Of a stretch of DNA of 18,139 nt, positions 7,897-15,564 are shown in pieces. The notes beneath the pieces were generated by a model. That model searched no databases. It saw only the letters and a program-made list of their open reading frames with translations, and had not been told where the DNA came from. The stretch comes from a bacterium. Lineage in GTDB: Bacteria > Zhuqueibacterota > Zhuqueibacteria > Oceanimicrobiales > Oceanimicrobiaceae. The stretch covers positions 1 through 18,139 of the forward strand of contig JBBIIG010000017.1 in the NCBI GenBank assembly GCA_037446635.1, given 5' to 3'. The translations under genes and the position numbers were made by a program. Each line of letters opens with the position of its first letter. Position 1 is the stretch's first letter.

Positions 7897-9504
7897 ATGA
7901 AGGCACGAAAGGCAAAATTGGGCAGCATCGTTTTGGGGGCGCTGTTTTGTTTTTTGATGAGCACCGCGCTCCTGGCGCAATCGCCGCTGTGGGGCGATCT
8001 GCAGCCGGGCCCGCACGCCGTCGGTTTCAAAGTCGAGCACCAGTACGACTACTCGCGTTCGTTCGGACTCAAGTACGATTTTGAGGGCAAGCTCAATTCC
8101 GACGCCGTCAAGCGGCCGATTCAGATCAGCATCTGGTATCCGGCGCAAAAAGGCGGCAGCGCAATGATGTTCCGCGACTACGTCAACCTCGTGGGCACCG
8201 AAGTCAATTTTCGCGAGCTCACCGACGAGGTCAAAACCGAGGCGCGCGACAACTTTTTTCGCGGCGCACTGCAGCAGGGCGTGACTCCCGAGGAGCTGGA
8301 TGAGTTGATGGATGTGAGCATGGTCGCGGTGAAAGACGCTGCGGCGCAGCAAGGCTCGTTTCCGCTGATTGTTTTTGCCCAGGGCGGCAACATGTCCTCT
8401 CCTGCCAACGCGGTTTTATGCGAATACCTGGCGAGCCATGGTTACATCGTCGCCACCTGCCCTTCGGTGGGCAAAGACGCCCGGCAAATTACGCCCGATT
8501 TTGCCAGCCTGAACGCCCAGGTGGACGATCTGGAATTTATCATCGGCTATATGAAGTCGTTTCCTCACGTCGATGGCGGGAAATTAGGTTTGATTGGCTT
8601 CAGTTTTGGCGGCGGCGCGATTATCGATTTACAGCTTCGCAACATGTACGCCGATGCCCTTGTCAGCCTTGATGGCAATGATGGCTTTACCAACGGCGTT
8701 CAGCTCATTCAGCAATCGCCATTTTACAACATTGCGAAACTGCGGGTGCCGTTCATGCGCTTGTCACAAGTTGCCGGTCCGCAGGCGCCCATCGACCTGA
8801 CTTTTTACAACGCCATGAAATTCAACAAAAAATATTTGGCCAGCTTTCCGGATTTGCGCCACATCGATTTCACCACCTTCGCCATGATCGAGGAGCTAGT
8901 GCCCAATTCCACCGGCCAGCCGCGCGGCGATATCAAATTGGGACACAAACTGGCGTGCGAGTACGTGGCCAACTTTTTCAATGGCTACGTGAAAGGCGAC
9001 CAGGCCGGATTAGCATTCTTGAAAAAGGAGCCAACTGCCAACGGCGCGCCGGCGGACTTCATGACCGTGGCTTTTGAAGAAGGCTTAAAGCCGGTGCCGG
9101 TGGAAGCCGAGTTTGTCGGCCTGCTCAATCAGGAAGGTGGGGTGCAGAAAGCCGTCGAGATTTTTGAGTACACCCAAAAGATGGCGCCGGGCACGGTGCT
9201 GTTTCAGGAAAATCCCACCAATATTCTTGGGTATCAGCTCATGAACCAGGGCCGCACCAAAGACGCCATCGAAATTTTTAAAATAAATAATAAGGCGTTC
9301 CCCAACTCGGCTAACACATACGACAGTCTTGCCGAGGGCTACATGACCGATGGGCAATTGGAGTTGGCGATCCAATATTATGAAAAAGCGTTAGAGGTAG
9401 TGAAGACTGACGTCAACTCGCCGTTCCGCCAGGCCATCGAGACTAATGCACCAGCGCGTATTCAGCAAATGAAGGAGCAGTTGGCGGGTACGGCCAATAA
9501 GTAA
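7897..9504 (+). CDS. Secreted alpha/beta-hydrolase (dienelactone hydrolase / PAF-acetylhydrolase-like) with C-terminal TPR
   Basis: RBS AAGGAGG, signal peptide, GPHAVG, ISIWYPA, EYLASHGYIV, nucleophile elbow GFSFGG, HIDF, TPR-like FPNSANTYDSLAEGY...AIQYYEKAL. Confidence 0.85.
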   Translation: MKARKAKLGSIVLGALFCFLMSTALLAQSPLWGDLQPGPHAVGFKVEHQYDYSRSFGLKYDFEGKLNSDAVKRPIQISIWYPAQKGGSAMMFRDYVNLVGTEVNFRELTDEVKTEARDNFFRGALQQGVTPEELDELMDVSMVAVKDAAAQQGSFPLIVFAQGGNMSSPANAVLCEYLASHGYIVATCPSVGKDARQITPDFASLNAQVDDLEFIIGYMKSFPHVDGGKLGLIGFSFGGGAIIDLQLRNMYADALVSLDGNDGFTNGVQLIQQSPFYNIAKLRVPFMRLSQVAGPQAPIDLTFYNAMKFNKKYLASFPDLRHIDFTTFAMIEELVPNSTGQPRGDIKLGHKLACEYVANFFNGYVKGDQAGLAFLKKEPTANGAPADFMTVAFEEGLKPVPVEAEFVGLLNQEGGVQKAVEIFEYTQKMAPGTVLFQENPTNILGYQLMNQGRTKDAIEIFKINNKAFPNSANTYDSLAEGYMTDGQLELAIQYYEKALEVVKTDVNSPFRQAIETNAPARIQQMKEQLAGTANK

Positions 9505-9515
9505 AAAAACCTCAC

Positions 9516-9544
9516 GTAGGGAACGCATGTTATGCGTTCCCTAC
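9516..9544. repeat. GTAG-type REP palindrome
   Basis: GTAGGGAACGCAT-GTT-ATGCGTTCCCTAC: perfect 13-bp stem with GTAG/CTAC ends. Confidence 0.85.
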
Positions 9545-9555
9545 AAAGAATAAAA

Positions 9556-9972
9556 ATGCCGCACGAATTTTACACCCAGCGCAAAATCGAATTTGCCGAT
9601 ACCGACTTGGCGGGCATCTGTCACTTTGCTCGCTTTTTTGTGTTTATGGAAACCGCCGAGCACCAGTTTCTGAATTCTATCGGTGCTAGTGTATCGATGG
9701 AGATCGATGGCAACAAAATCGGCTGGCCGAGATTGTCGGCATCGTGTGAGTACATCAGTCCTGCGAAATTTGAAGACGTGCTGGACATCCACCTCATGGT
9801 GGCGCGCAAGGGCACAAAATCGATGACCTACAAATTTCTCTTCACGCGTGGAGAGACGGTGATCGCGCGCGGGCAGATGTCGTCGGCGTGCTGCATCTGT
9901 AATCCCGGCGAGGAGATTCGCGCGATCCCGATTCCGGATTTTATTGCGGCGAAGATGGAGGAAGCGCCCTGA
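9556..9972 (+). CDS. Acyl-CoA thioesterase, 4HBT/YbgC hotdog family
   Basis: EFADTDLAGICHFARFFVFME motif, CEYISPAKFEDVL, KSMTY.F. The track start ATG 9532 lies inside the REP, so ATG 9556 is preferred. Confidence 0.88.
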   Translation: MPHEFYTQRKIEFADTDLAGICHFARFFVFMETAEHQFLNSIGASVSMEIDGNKIGWPRLSASCEYISPAKFEDVLDIHLMVARKGTKSMTYKFLFTRGETVIARGQMSSACCICNPGEEIRAIPIPDFIAAKMEEAP

Positions 9973-10061
9973 CGTGAAACGGCAGCCGGCAGATGGCAGA
10001 CGTGAATCAGAAGTGAAGCGTGTGTAAATAGATTGAGAAAACGGGGAGGGAAGAGAGAGTA

Positions 10062-10514
10062 TTAAGATTGTTCTTCTTCCAGTTTTTCCTCCAAGTATTT
10101 ATGTGCCGCTTGAATGAAGGCTTGGTAATCCTCTTTGGTTTCCGACTTGAACTTTTTGATGGACGCCCATTTGAGATCAAGATACTCGTGAGTGATGATG
10201 TTTCTCAGTCTGACCCATTTTGAAAGTCTTTCCGTGAGATTTTTTGGAAAACCGCTGACGAGTGAAAGTGACGAAAGGATTTCCCGGTAGGTATCCGGAA
10301 GTTTCAAAGACTCAGCCGTCAAGATCAATTTGGCAACGTCGATTGAGGAATTGACAATATTTTCAATCCAACGTTCGATGTTTCTTCTTTTGTTTCTATC
10401 CGTGTTTTACTCTTACCAGGTTAGGGTCTCGAATAACTGGTAATCTTGCAGCTCTTCGGATAGAAGCTCCAGGTGCTTAATCAGTTTTAGTTCGATTTCT
10501 TTTTTTAATGCCAT
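10062..10514 (-). pseudogene. HepT-like HEPN (DUF86) ribonuclease toxin disrupted by two in-frame TAA stops
   Basis: Read by hand from ATG 10514: MALKKEIELKLIKHLELLSEELQDYQLFETLTW*E*NTDRNKRRNIERWIENIVNSSIDVAKLIL...RNIITHEYLD. Stops at 10415-10413 and 10409-10407; the RX4HXY motif is intact. Confidence 0.88.
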
Positions 10515-10914
10515 ATTTTTCTTTATAGTCATTTATCAGTAATTCGCTGAAATCTTCCGCAATCGCAGTGATAATTTCCATAAATCTCAAAAACAGGTTC
10601 CAATCGTTAATCGCTAGAGGAACACCGCGAATGGCGCTCGCCGCCACCGTCGCCGGTGCGCGGTTCAAAACCAGCAGCTCGACTTCTTTTTTCGCAATGC
10701 GTTCCAAATCAGCCCAAATTGAGTCTTCATTTTGATGATAAATTTCATCTTCGAACTCGATGACTCGTTGATCTTTCGGATAGAAGTAAACCGCAATATC
10801 TACGTCAGAGAGCTTTGTCGCCGTGCCGTGGGCATACGAGCCGTATAAAAAAGCAAACGCCACGTCTGCTCGGTTCGAAAAGTAATCTTTGAAATTTTCC
10901 AAGTTCATCAGCAT
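10477..10914 (-). CDS. MntA-like minimal nucleotidyltransferase antitoxin
   Basis: GS-X10-DxD motif (GSYAHGTATKLSDVD), EVELLVLNRAP, and overlap with the HEPN start. ATG 10914 (or 10908) is preferred over the track's 11004. Confidence 0.88.
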   Translation of the reverse strand: MLMNLENFKDYFSNRADVAFAFLYGSYAHGTATKLSDVDIAVYFYPKDQRVIEFEDEIYHQNEDSIWADLERIAKKEVELLVLNRAPATVAASAIRGVPLAINDWNLFLRFMEIITAIAEDFSELLINDYKEKYGIKKRNRTKTD

Positions 10915-10921
10915 GTTAGTG

Positions 10922-10949
10922 ATTTTAAGAAAAAATTCGTGAAAGGCAA
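10922..10949 (-). promoter_or_regulatory. Putative sigma70 promoter for MNT-HEPN, probably giving a leaderless transcript
   Basis: On the minus strand TTGCCT-N16-TAAAAT ends 7 nt before ATG 10914, with no SD sequence. Confidence 0.5.
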
Positions 10950-11015
10950 GAAAAACATTTTCCTCCTTTGAAGGGGCAGGGAAAAGTTTTTGTGCAGTTT
11001 TCAAATGGGAGAGCT

Positions 11016-11696
11016 ATGCCTGACATTTCATTAAAAGTAAGCGAGGTCAATAAAACCTTTGGCGCGAATTCCAACCCCGTCGAAGTGCTGCGCGGCGTCT
11101 CGTTTGAAATGAGGGCCGGCGAAGCGCTCGCCGTGACCGGACCTTCCGGCTCTGGAAAAAGCACGCTGCTACATTTAATTGGAACCCTCGATGTACCCGA
11201 TTCCGGAACGATCGAGATCAACGGACAGAATCCGGGGCAGCTTTCGGAGCCGGAACTCGCGCGCTTCCGCAACAAAGTGGTCGGATTTGTTTTTCAAGAT
11301 CACCATCTCTTGCCGCAGTACACAGTGCTGGAAAATGTTCTGATTCCAACAATTGCTTTCCAAGACAATGGCGCTGACGCCGAATCTCGCGCCCGCGAGC
11401 TTTTGAAGAAAGTCGGGCTGTCGCACCGCATCGAGCATCGGCCCGCCGAACTCTCCGGCGGCGAGCGCCAGCGCGTGGCGATTGCGCGCGCGCTGATCAA
11501 CCAGCCCAGCCTTTTGCTGTGCGATGAACCGACTGGCAATCTCGATCGCAAAACCGCGGCCGCGGTTGCCGATCTCTTTTTCGAGCTGCATCAAGAAGAA
11601 AAAAATATTCTCATCGTGGTTACCCACAGCATGGAATTAGCCGGCCGCTTCCCGCGCCGCTTTGAATTGACAGAGGGAAAATGCGTTGATATTTAA
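11016..11696 (+). CDS. ABC transporter ATP-binding protein (LolD/MacB-like)
   Basis: Walker A GPSGSGKST, GFVFQDHHLLP, LSGGERQRVAIARAL, DEPTGNLD, VTH. ATG 11016 follows GGAGAG. Confidence 0.95.
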   Translation: MPDISLKVSEVNKTFGANSNPVEVLRGVSFEMRAGEALAVTGPSGSGKSTLLHLIGTLDVPDSGTIEINGQNPGQLSEPELARFRNKVVGFVFQDHHLLPQYTVLENVLIPTIAFQDNGADAESRARELLKKVGLSHRIEHRPAELSGGERQRVAIARALINQPSLLLCDEPTGNLDRKTAAAVADLFFELHQEEKNILIVVTHSMELAGRFPRRFELTEGKCVDI

Positions 11697-11701
11697 TGCA
11701 A

Positions 11702-11763
11702 GGGACGACTAAAGTCGTCACTACAAACGAAAGGGGGGACGACTAAAGTCGTCACTACAAACG
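11702..11763 (-). repeat. Two identical GTAG-type REP copies between the ATPase and permease genes
   Basis: GGGACGACTAAAGTCGTCACTACAAACG at 11702-11729 and 11736-11763. The minus strand reads GTAG-T-GACGAC-TTTA-GTCGTC. Confidence 0.9.
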
Positions 11764-11765
11764 TA

Positions 11766-14700
11766 ATGGGAATGATTCGCAGTTTAATCTATTTTTGGAG
11801 AATCAATCTTGCGGTGATGTTGGGCGCTGCAGTCGCAACGGCGGTGCTCACCGGCGCGCTGCTGGTGGGCGATTCCGTGCGCGGCAGTCTGCGCGATTTG
11901 ACCCTCGAGCGGCTCGGGCGAATCGATTACGCGCTCGTGGCGCAGAGATATTTTCGCAGTGAGCTGGCGACTAAAGTCGCTACTACAAGCGCAGGGGCGA
12001 CTGAAGTCGCTACTACAAGCGCAGGGGCGACTGAAGTCGCCACTACAAACAGTGAGATTGCATCGGCCATCATCCTCAATGGCAGCGCCGTGCACACCAA
12101 ATCCAAATCGCGCGCGTCGCGTATCAACATTTTCGGCGTCGATGAGCGGTTCTCGAACTTTTTCGACGATGCGACCAATAACGCCGAAGATTTCGCCGTG
12201 AAGTTACAGAAGCAGCCTGGCCGGATTTTCCCTTCAATCATCATCAATCAATCGCTGCAAAAACAACTCAACGCGGAGGTCGGCGATGCGATTCTGCTGT
12301 CGTTTCAAAGCGCCAGCGACGTGCATCGCGCTTCGCTGCTCGGGCGCAAGAAAACTGAAGACATTATCGAAAGCGTGCGGCTGACGTTGACGGCCGTTGT
12401 TCCCGATCGCGGGTTGGGAAGATTTAGTTTGCGTCCGCATCAAACTTTGCCGCTGAATGCGTATGTGTCGCTGCCTGTTCTGCAAAATGCGCTCGACCAG
12501 CCGGAGAAAGTCAACGCTTTATTGGTGGGAAATTCAACCCTGTCAGGGTTGCCAACCCTGACAGGGTTACGACTGGAAGACTTCGGTTTGTTCATCGAAA
12601 CCCACGACGGCTATTTTTCCCTCGAAAGCCGCGAAGCGATTTTGAGCCCGAAGATTTCGGAGCGGGCATCTTCGGTTGCCGAAGAGCTTGGCTTGCCGCA
12701 TTTGCCAACCTTCATCTATTTAGCCAATCAGATGGCGATCGGCGAGCGACTGCTGCCCTATTCAACCGTGTGCGCCATTCCTACTCCCGTTGATTTTCCA
12801 TCTGCTAAATTAACATTACAAAACGGCCAGCCCGCGCCGGCGCTGAATGAAAATGAGATTTTGCTCAATCAGTGGGCTGCCGATGATCTCGCAGCAGAGC
12901 CAGGCGATGAAATTGAAATGGCTTATTTTGCGGTCGGCGTCCGCGACGAGTTAGTCACCCGTACCGCAACATTTATGTTGCGCGGTATTCTACAAATGAC
13001 CGGCCTCGCCGCCGATCCGCAACTGACTCCGGAATTCCCCGGCATCGCCGACGCTGACAACATGGCTGATTGGAATCCGCCCTTTCCCGTCGATTTGAAT
13101 TTAATTCGCCCGAAGGACGAAGCGTACTGGGATCAATTTCGCGGCGCCCCCAAAGCCTTTGTGTCGTGGGAGACCGGACGCCAACTCTGGGGCAGCCGCT
13201 TTGGCGATGTCACTTCTTTGCGAATTACGGCTCTCAGCGGCGAAGACTTGTCCGCCGCGAAAGAAAAATTCGAATCGGCGCTGCTGAAAAAATTGCTCGC
13301 CGATCAAACCGACTTCGTATTTCAGCCGGTAAAACAACAGGGATTGCAAGCCTCGGCCGGCGCCACCGATTTCAGCACGCTGTTCATCTCGTTCAGTTTC
13401 TTTCTCATTGCGTCCGCGGCCTTGCTGGTGGGGCTGCTCTTCCGCCTCGGCGTCGAGCAGCGCGTCCGCGAAATCGGCATGTTGCTGGCGGTGGGTTTTC
13501 CGCAGCGCCGCATTCGCCGGCAATTTTTTGGCGAAGGCGGGTTGCTGGCAGCAGTTGGCGCCGCGCTGGGATTGACTGGCGCCGCGCTTTATGCGTGGTT
13601 GATTATGATCGGCCTGCGCAATTGGTCTGGACTTTTCGGCGCAGAAGCCGCGGGATTTCTCTCGCTGCACCTCACGGCGCGAAGTCTCATCATCGGGTAC
13701 GTTGCTTCATTGCTGGTGATCCTGATTTCGATCTTTCTCGCTTTGCGAAAGCTCAGCCGCATTCCGGTGCCGGCGCTGCTGGCGGGGGTTACCGCCGTCG
13801 AAACTAAACAGACGGCGGTTCGGCGGTTCACGAAAGCGCTGGCGTTCTCGACTTTTTTCATCGCCGCGGCGCTGACGTTGGTGGCGGCCGCAACGGGGCA
13901 AACTTCATCGGCGGGATTGTTTTTTGGCGTCGGCGCGCTGCTGCTGATTTCCGGGCTGGCGTTTTTTTCTCTGTGGTTGAAATCACCGCATAAATCTTCA
14001 ATCCAAAAACGCGGAGCGGGTCAAGTGCTGCGCATGGCGATGCGCAACGCCCCGCGCAATCCCGGCCGCAGCATGTTGAGCGCCGCGCTGGTGGGGTGCG
14101 CGTGCTTTGTTATCATTGCGGTTGAGGCGTTCCGCCATCAGCCCGGCGCGGCGGAAGTTCAGCGTTTGAATTCCGGCGCCGGCGGCTACTCGCTGGTGGC
14201 CGAGGCGGATGTTCCGCTGCTATTTGATCTCAATTCGCCCGACGGCCGTTTCGAGTTAGGCTTTTCCGACGCCGATTCGGATTCGTTGAGTGACGTGCTA
14301 ATTATGCCGTTTCGCCTGCGCCCCGGCGACGACGCCAGTTGCTTGAATTTGTACCAGCCGGAGCAGCCGCGCATCTTGGGCGTGCCCGCGGCGCAAATTG
14401 CCCGCGGCGGATTCCAATTTCAAGAAGTGAGAGATCCGGCACTCGAAAATCCGTGGACGCTGCTGACTGACCCGTCTCCTCTCAGTAGCGGGGCTGGGGC
14501 GCAATCTTCGCCGGAGGAGCCCGTCAACCCCTCTCCTCTTAGGAGAGGGGCAGGGGTGAGGTCCGCGCCGGAACCGGCCGTCATCCCCGCCTTCGGCGAT
14601 TACAACTCCGTCCTCTGGATTCTCCACCTCAGCCTCAACAAAGATTTGATCGTGCGGGATGAATTTGGCCGAGAGATCAAATTGCGTTTTGTGGGCTTGC

Positions 14701-15296
14701 TCAAGAGCAGCATCTTCCAAAGTGAGATTCTGATTTCGGAAGAAAACTTTCTGCGCCATTTCCCGAGCCACAGCGGCTACGCTTATTTTCTCGCGCAAGT
14801 TACACCAGCGAAAATGCAACCGGTCTCCGAAATTCTCGAACGCACACTGGACGACTACGGCTTGGATGTCGCCGCCACGGCCGAGAAGCTCAACAATTAT
14901 TTGGCGGTGGAAAATACCTACCTTTCCACCTTTCAAACCCTTGGCGGACTCGGTTTGCTGCTAGGAACAATTGGGTTGGGAATTATTCTCATTCGCAACG
15001 TCATCGAGCGCCGCGGCGAGCTGGCCACTTTGCGTGCGTTCGGATTCCGCCGCGTCACCCTCGCGGGGATGGTGCTCGCCGAGAACGGCTTTCTGCTGAT
15101 TTTAGGTTTGACGCTCGGCAGCGTCTCGGCGTTGTTTGCGGTGGCTCCGCATGTTTTGAGCAGCCCGGAAAGCGTGCCCTATCTTTCCCTTTCTTTGATT
15201 CTGCTTTTGGTTTTTGTGGTGGGAATGTTAGCGAGCAGCGCGGCGGTCTCAGCGGCCCTGCGGATTCCGCTGCTGCCGGCGCTGAAGGCGGAGTGA
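11766..15296 (+). CDS. Large ABC transporter permease with two FtsX/MacB-type modules
   Basis: 1176 aa; N-terminal TM, QRVREIGMLLAVGF and ERRGELATLRAFGF FtsX motifs, MAMRNAPRNPGRS second-module start, terminal PALKAE; adjacent to the LolD-like ATPase. Confidence 0.93.
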   Translation: MGMIRSLIYFWRINLAVMLGAAVATAVLTGALLVGDSVRGSLRDLTLERLGRIDYALVAQRYFRSELATKVATTSAGATEVATTSAGATEVATTNSEIASAIILNGSAVHTKSKSRASRINIFGVDERFSNFFDDATNNAEDFAVKLQKQPGRIFPSIIINQSLQKQLNAEVGDAILLSFQSASDVHRASLLGRKKTEDIIESVRLTLTAVVPDRGLGRFSLRPHQTLPLNAYVSLPVLQNALDQPEKVNALLVGNSTLSGLPTLTGLRLEDFGLFIETHDGYFSLESREAILSPKISERASSVAEELGLPHLPTFIYLANQMAIGERLLPYSTVCAIPTPVDFPSAKLTLQNGQPAPALNENEILLNQWAADDLAAEPGDEIEMAYFAVGVRDELVTRTATFMLRGILQMTGLAADPQLTPEFPGIADADNMADWNPPFPVDLNLIRPKDEAYWDQFRGAPKAFVSWETGRQLWGSRFGDVTSLRITALSGEDLSAAKEKFESALLKKLLADQTDFVFQPVKQQGLQASAGATDFSTLFISFSFFLIASAALLVGLLFRLGVEQRVREIGMLLAVGFPQRRIRRQFFGEGGLLAAVGAALGLTGAALYAWLIMIGLRNWSGLFGAEAAGFLSLHLTARSLIIGYVASLLVILISIFLALRKLSRIPVPALLAGVTAVETKQTAVRRFTKALAFSTFFIAAALTLVAAATGQTSSAGLFFGVGALLLISGLAFFSLWLKSPHKSSIQKRGAGQVLRMAMRNAPRNPGRSMLSAALVGCACFVIIAVEAFRHQPGAAEVQRLNSGAGGYSLVAEADVPLLFDLNSPDGRFELGFSDADSDSLSDVLIMPFRLRPGDDASCLNLYQPEQPRILGVPAAQIARGGFQFQEVRDPALENPWTLLTDPSPLSSGAGAQSSPEEPVNPSPLRRGAGVRSAPEPAVIPAFGDYNSVLWILHLSLNKDLIVRDEFGREIKLRFVGLLKSSIFQSEILISEENFLRHFPSHSGYAYFLAQVTPAKMQPVSEILERTLDDYGLDVAATAEKLNNYLAVENTYLSTFQTLGGLGLLLGTIGLGIILIRNVIERRGELATLRAFGFRRVTLAGMVLAENGFLLILGLTLGSVSALFAVAPHVLSSPESVPYLSLSLILLLVFVVGMLASSAAVSAALRIPLLPALKAE
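11966..12050 (-). repeat. Three tandem GTAG-REP copies (30-bp period) in frame within the permease
   Basis: GGCGACT(A/G)AAGTCGC(T/C)ACTACAA at 11966, 11996 and 12026; encodes ATKVATTSAG-ATEVATTSAG-ATEVATTN. Confidence 0.92.
12536..12568. repeat. 33-bp perfect inverted repeat in frame within the permease
   Basis: AACCCTGTCAGGGTT-GCC-AACCCTGACAGGGTT; each arm is itself palindromic; encodes TLSGLPTLTGL. Confidence 0.88.
14471..14561. repeat. Two REP-like copies (one degenerate) in frame within the permease
   Basis: CCCCTCTCCT-CTT-AGGAGAGGGG-CAGGGGTGAGG (14528-14561, perfect 10-bp stem) and a 25/31 copy at 14471, 57 bp upstream; encode PSPLSSGAGA and PSPLRRGAGVR. Confidence 0.82.
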
Positions 15297-15312
15297 TCCT
15301 AAAACTAAAAGG

Positions 15313-15341
15313 TTGCTTTTGACGACAATTGTTTATAGCTT
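15313..15341 (+). promoter_or_regulatory. Possible sigma70 promoter for the small ORF and protease
   Basis: TTGCTT-N17-TAGCTT upstream of the RBS GGAGGA at 15361. Confidence 0.3.
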
Positions 15342-15369
15342 TTGAACAAACAAACCACACGGAGGAATC

Positions 15370-15564
15370 ATGAAAGCGGAAAATGATCGACGGGATTTTC
15401 AGGAGGAGACGACAGAACTAAAGGATTTAATAGAAGCAAATACGGATAAGACTATATTGGAAAGGATTAGGATGTTGAGTAACTTGATAGAGGAAGAACC
15501 TCCCAAAATCGAGGTCGAGATATCATTCGAGGGCGCCGGCAATGCCAACTCGCCAGCTAATTGA
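15370..15564 (+). CDS. Small acidic hypothetical protein (64 aa)
   Basis: Strong RBS GGAGGA, ATG start, 23-nt overlap with the protease gene; no family recognised. Confidence 0.5.
   Translation: MKAENDRRDFQEETTELKDLIEANTDKTILERIRMLSNLIEEEPPKIEVEISFEGAGNANSPAN

Noticed and set aside
10407..10415. Stop-codon recoding or an alternative genetic code in the HEPN gene
   Set aside because: Both stops are TAA, which terminates other genes here (e.g. at 2356, 9504, 11696); no Sec or Pyl context.
10915..11015. Overlapping N-terminal extensions of MNT (to 11004) and the ABC ATPase (from 10968)
   Set aside because: These rely on TTG starts across a promoter and hairpin region; downstream ATG starts fit the family lengths better.
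11702..12050. Possible CRISPR array (palindromic repeats of about 28-30 bp)
   Set aside because: Repeats are adjacent or only 6 bp apart with no unique spacers, three lie inside a CDS, no cas genes are present, and they carry the GTAG REP signature.
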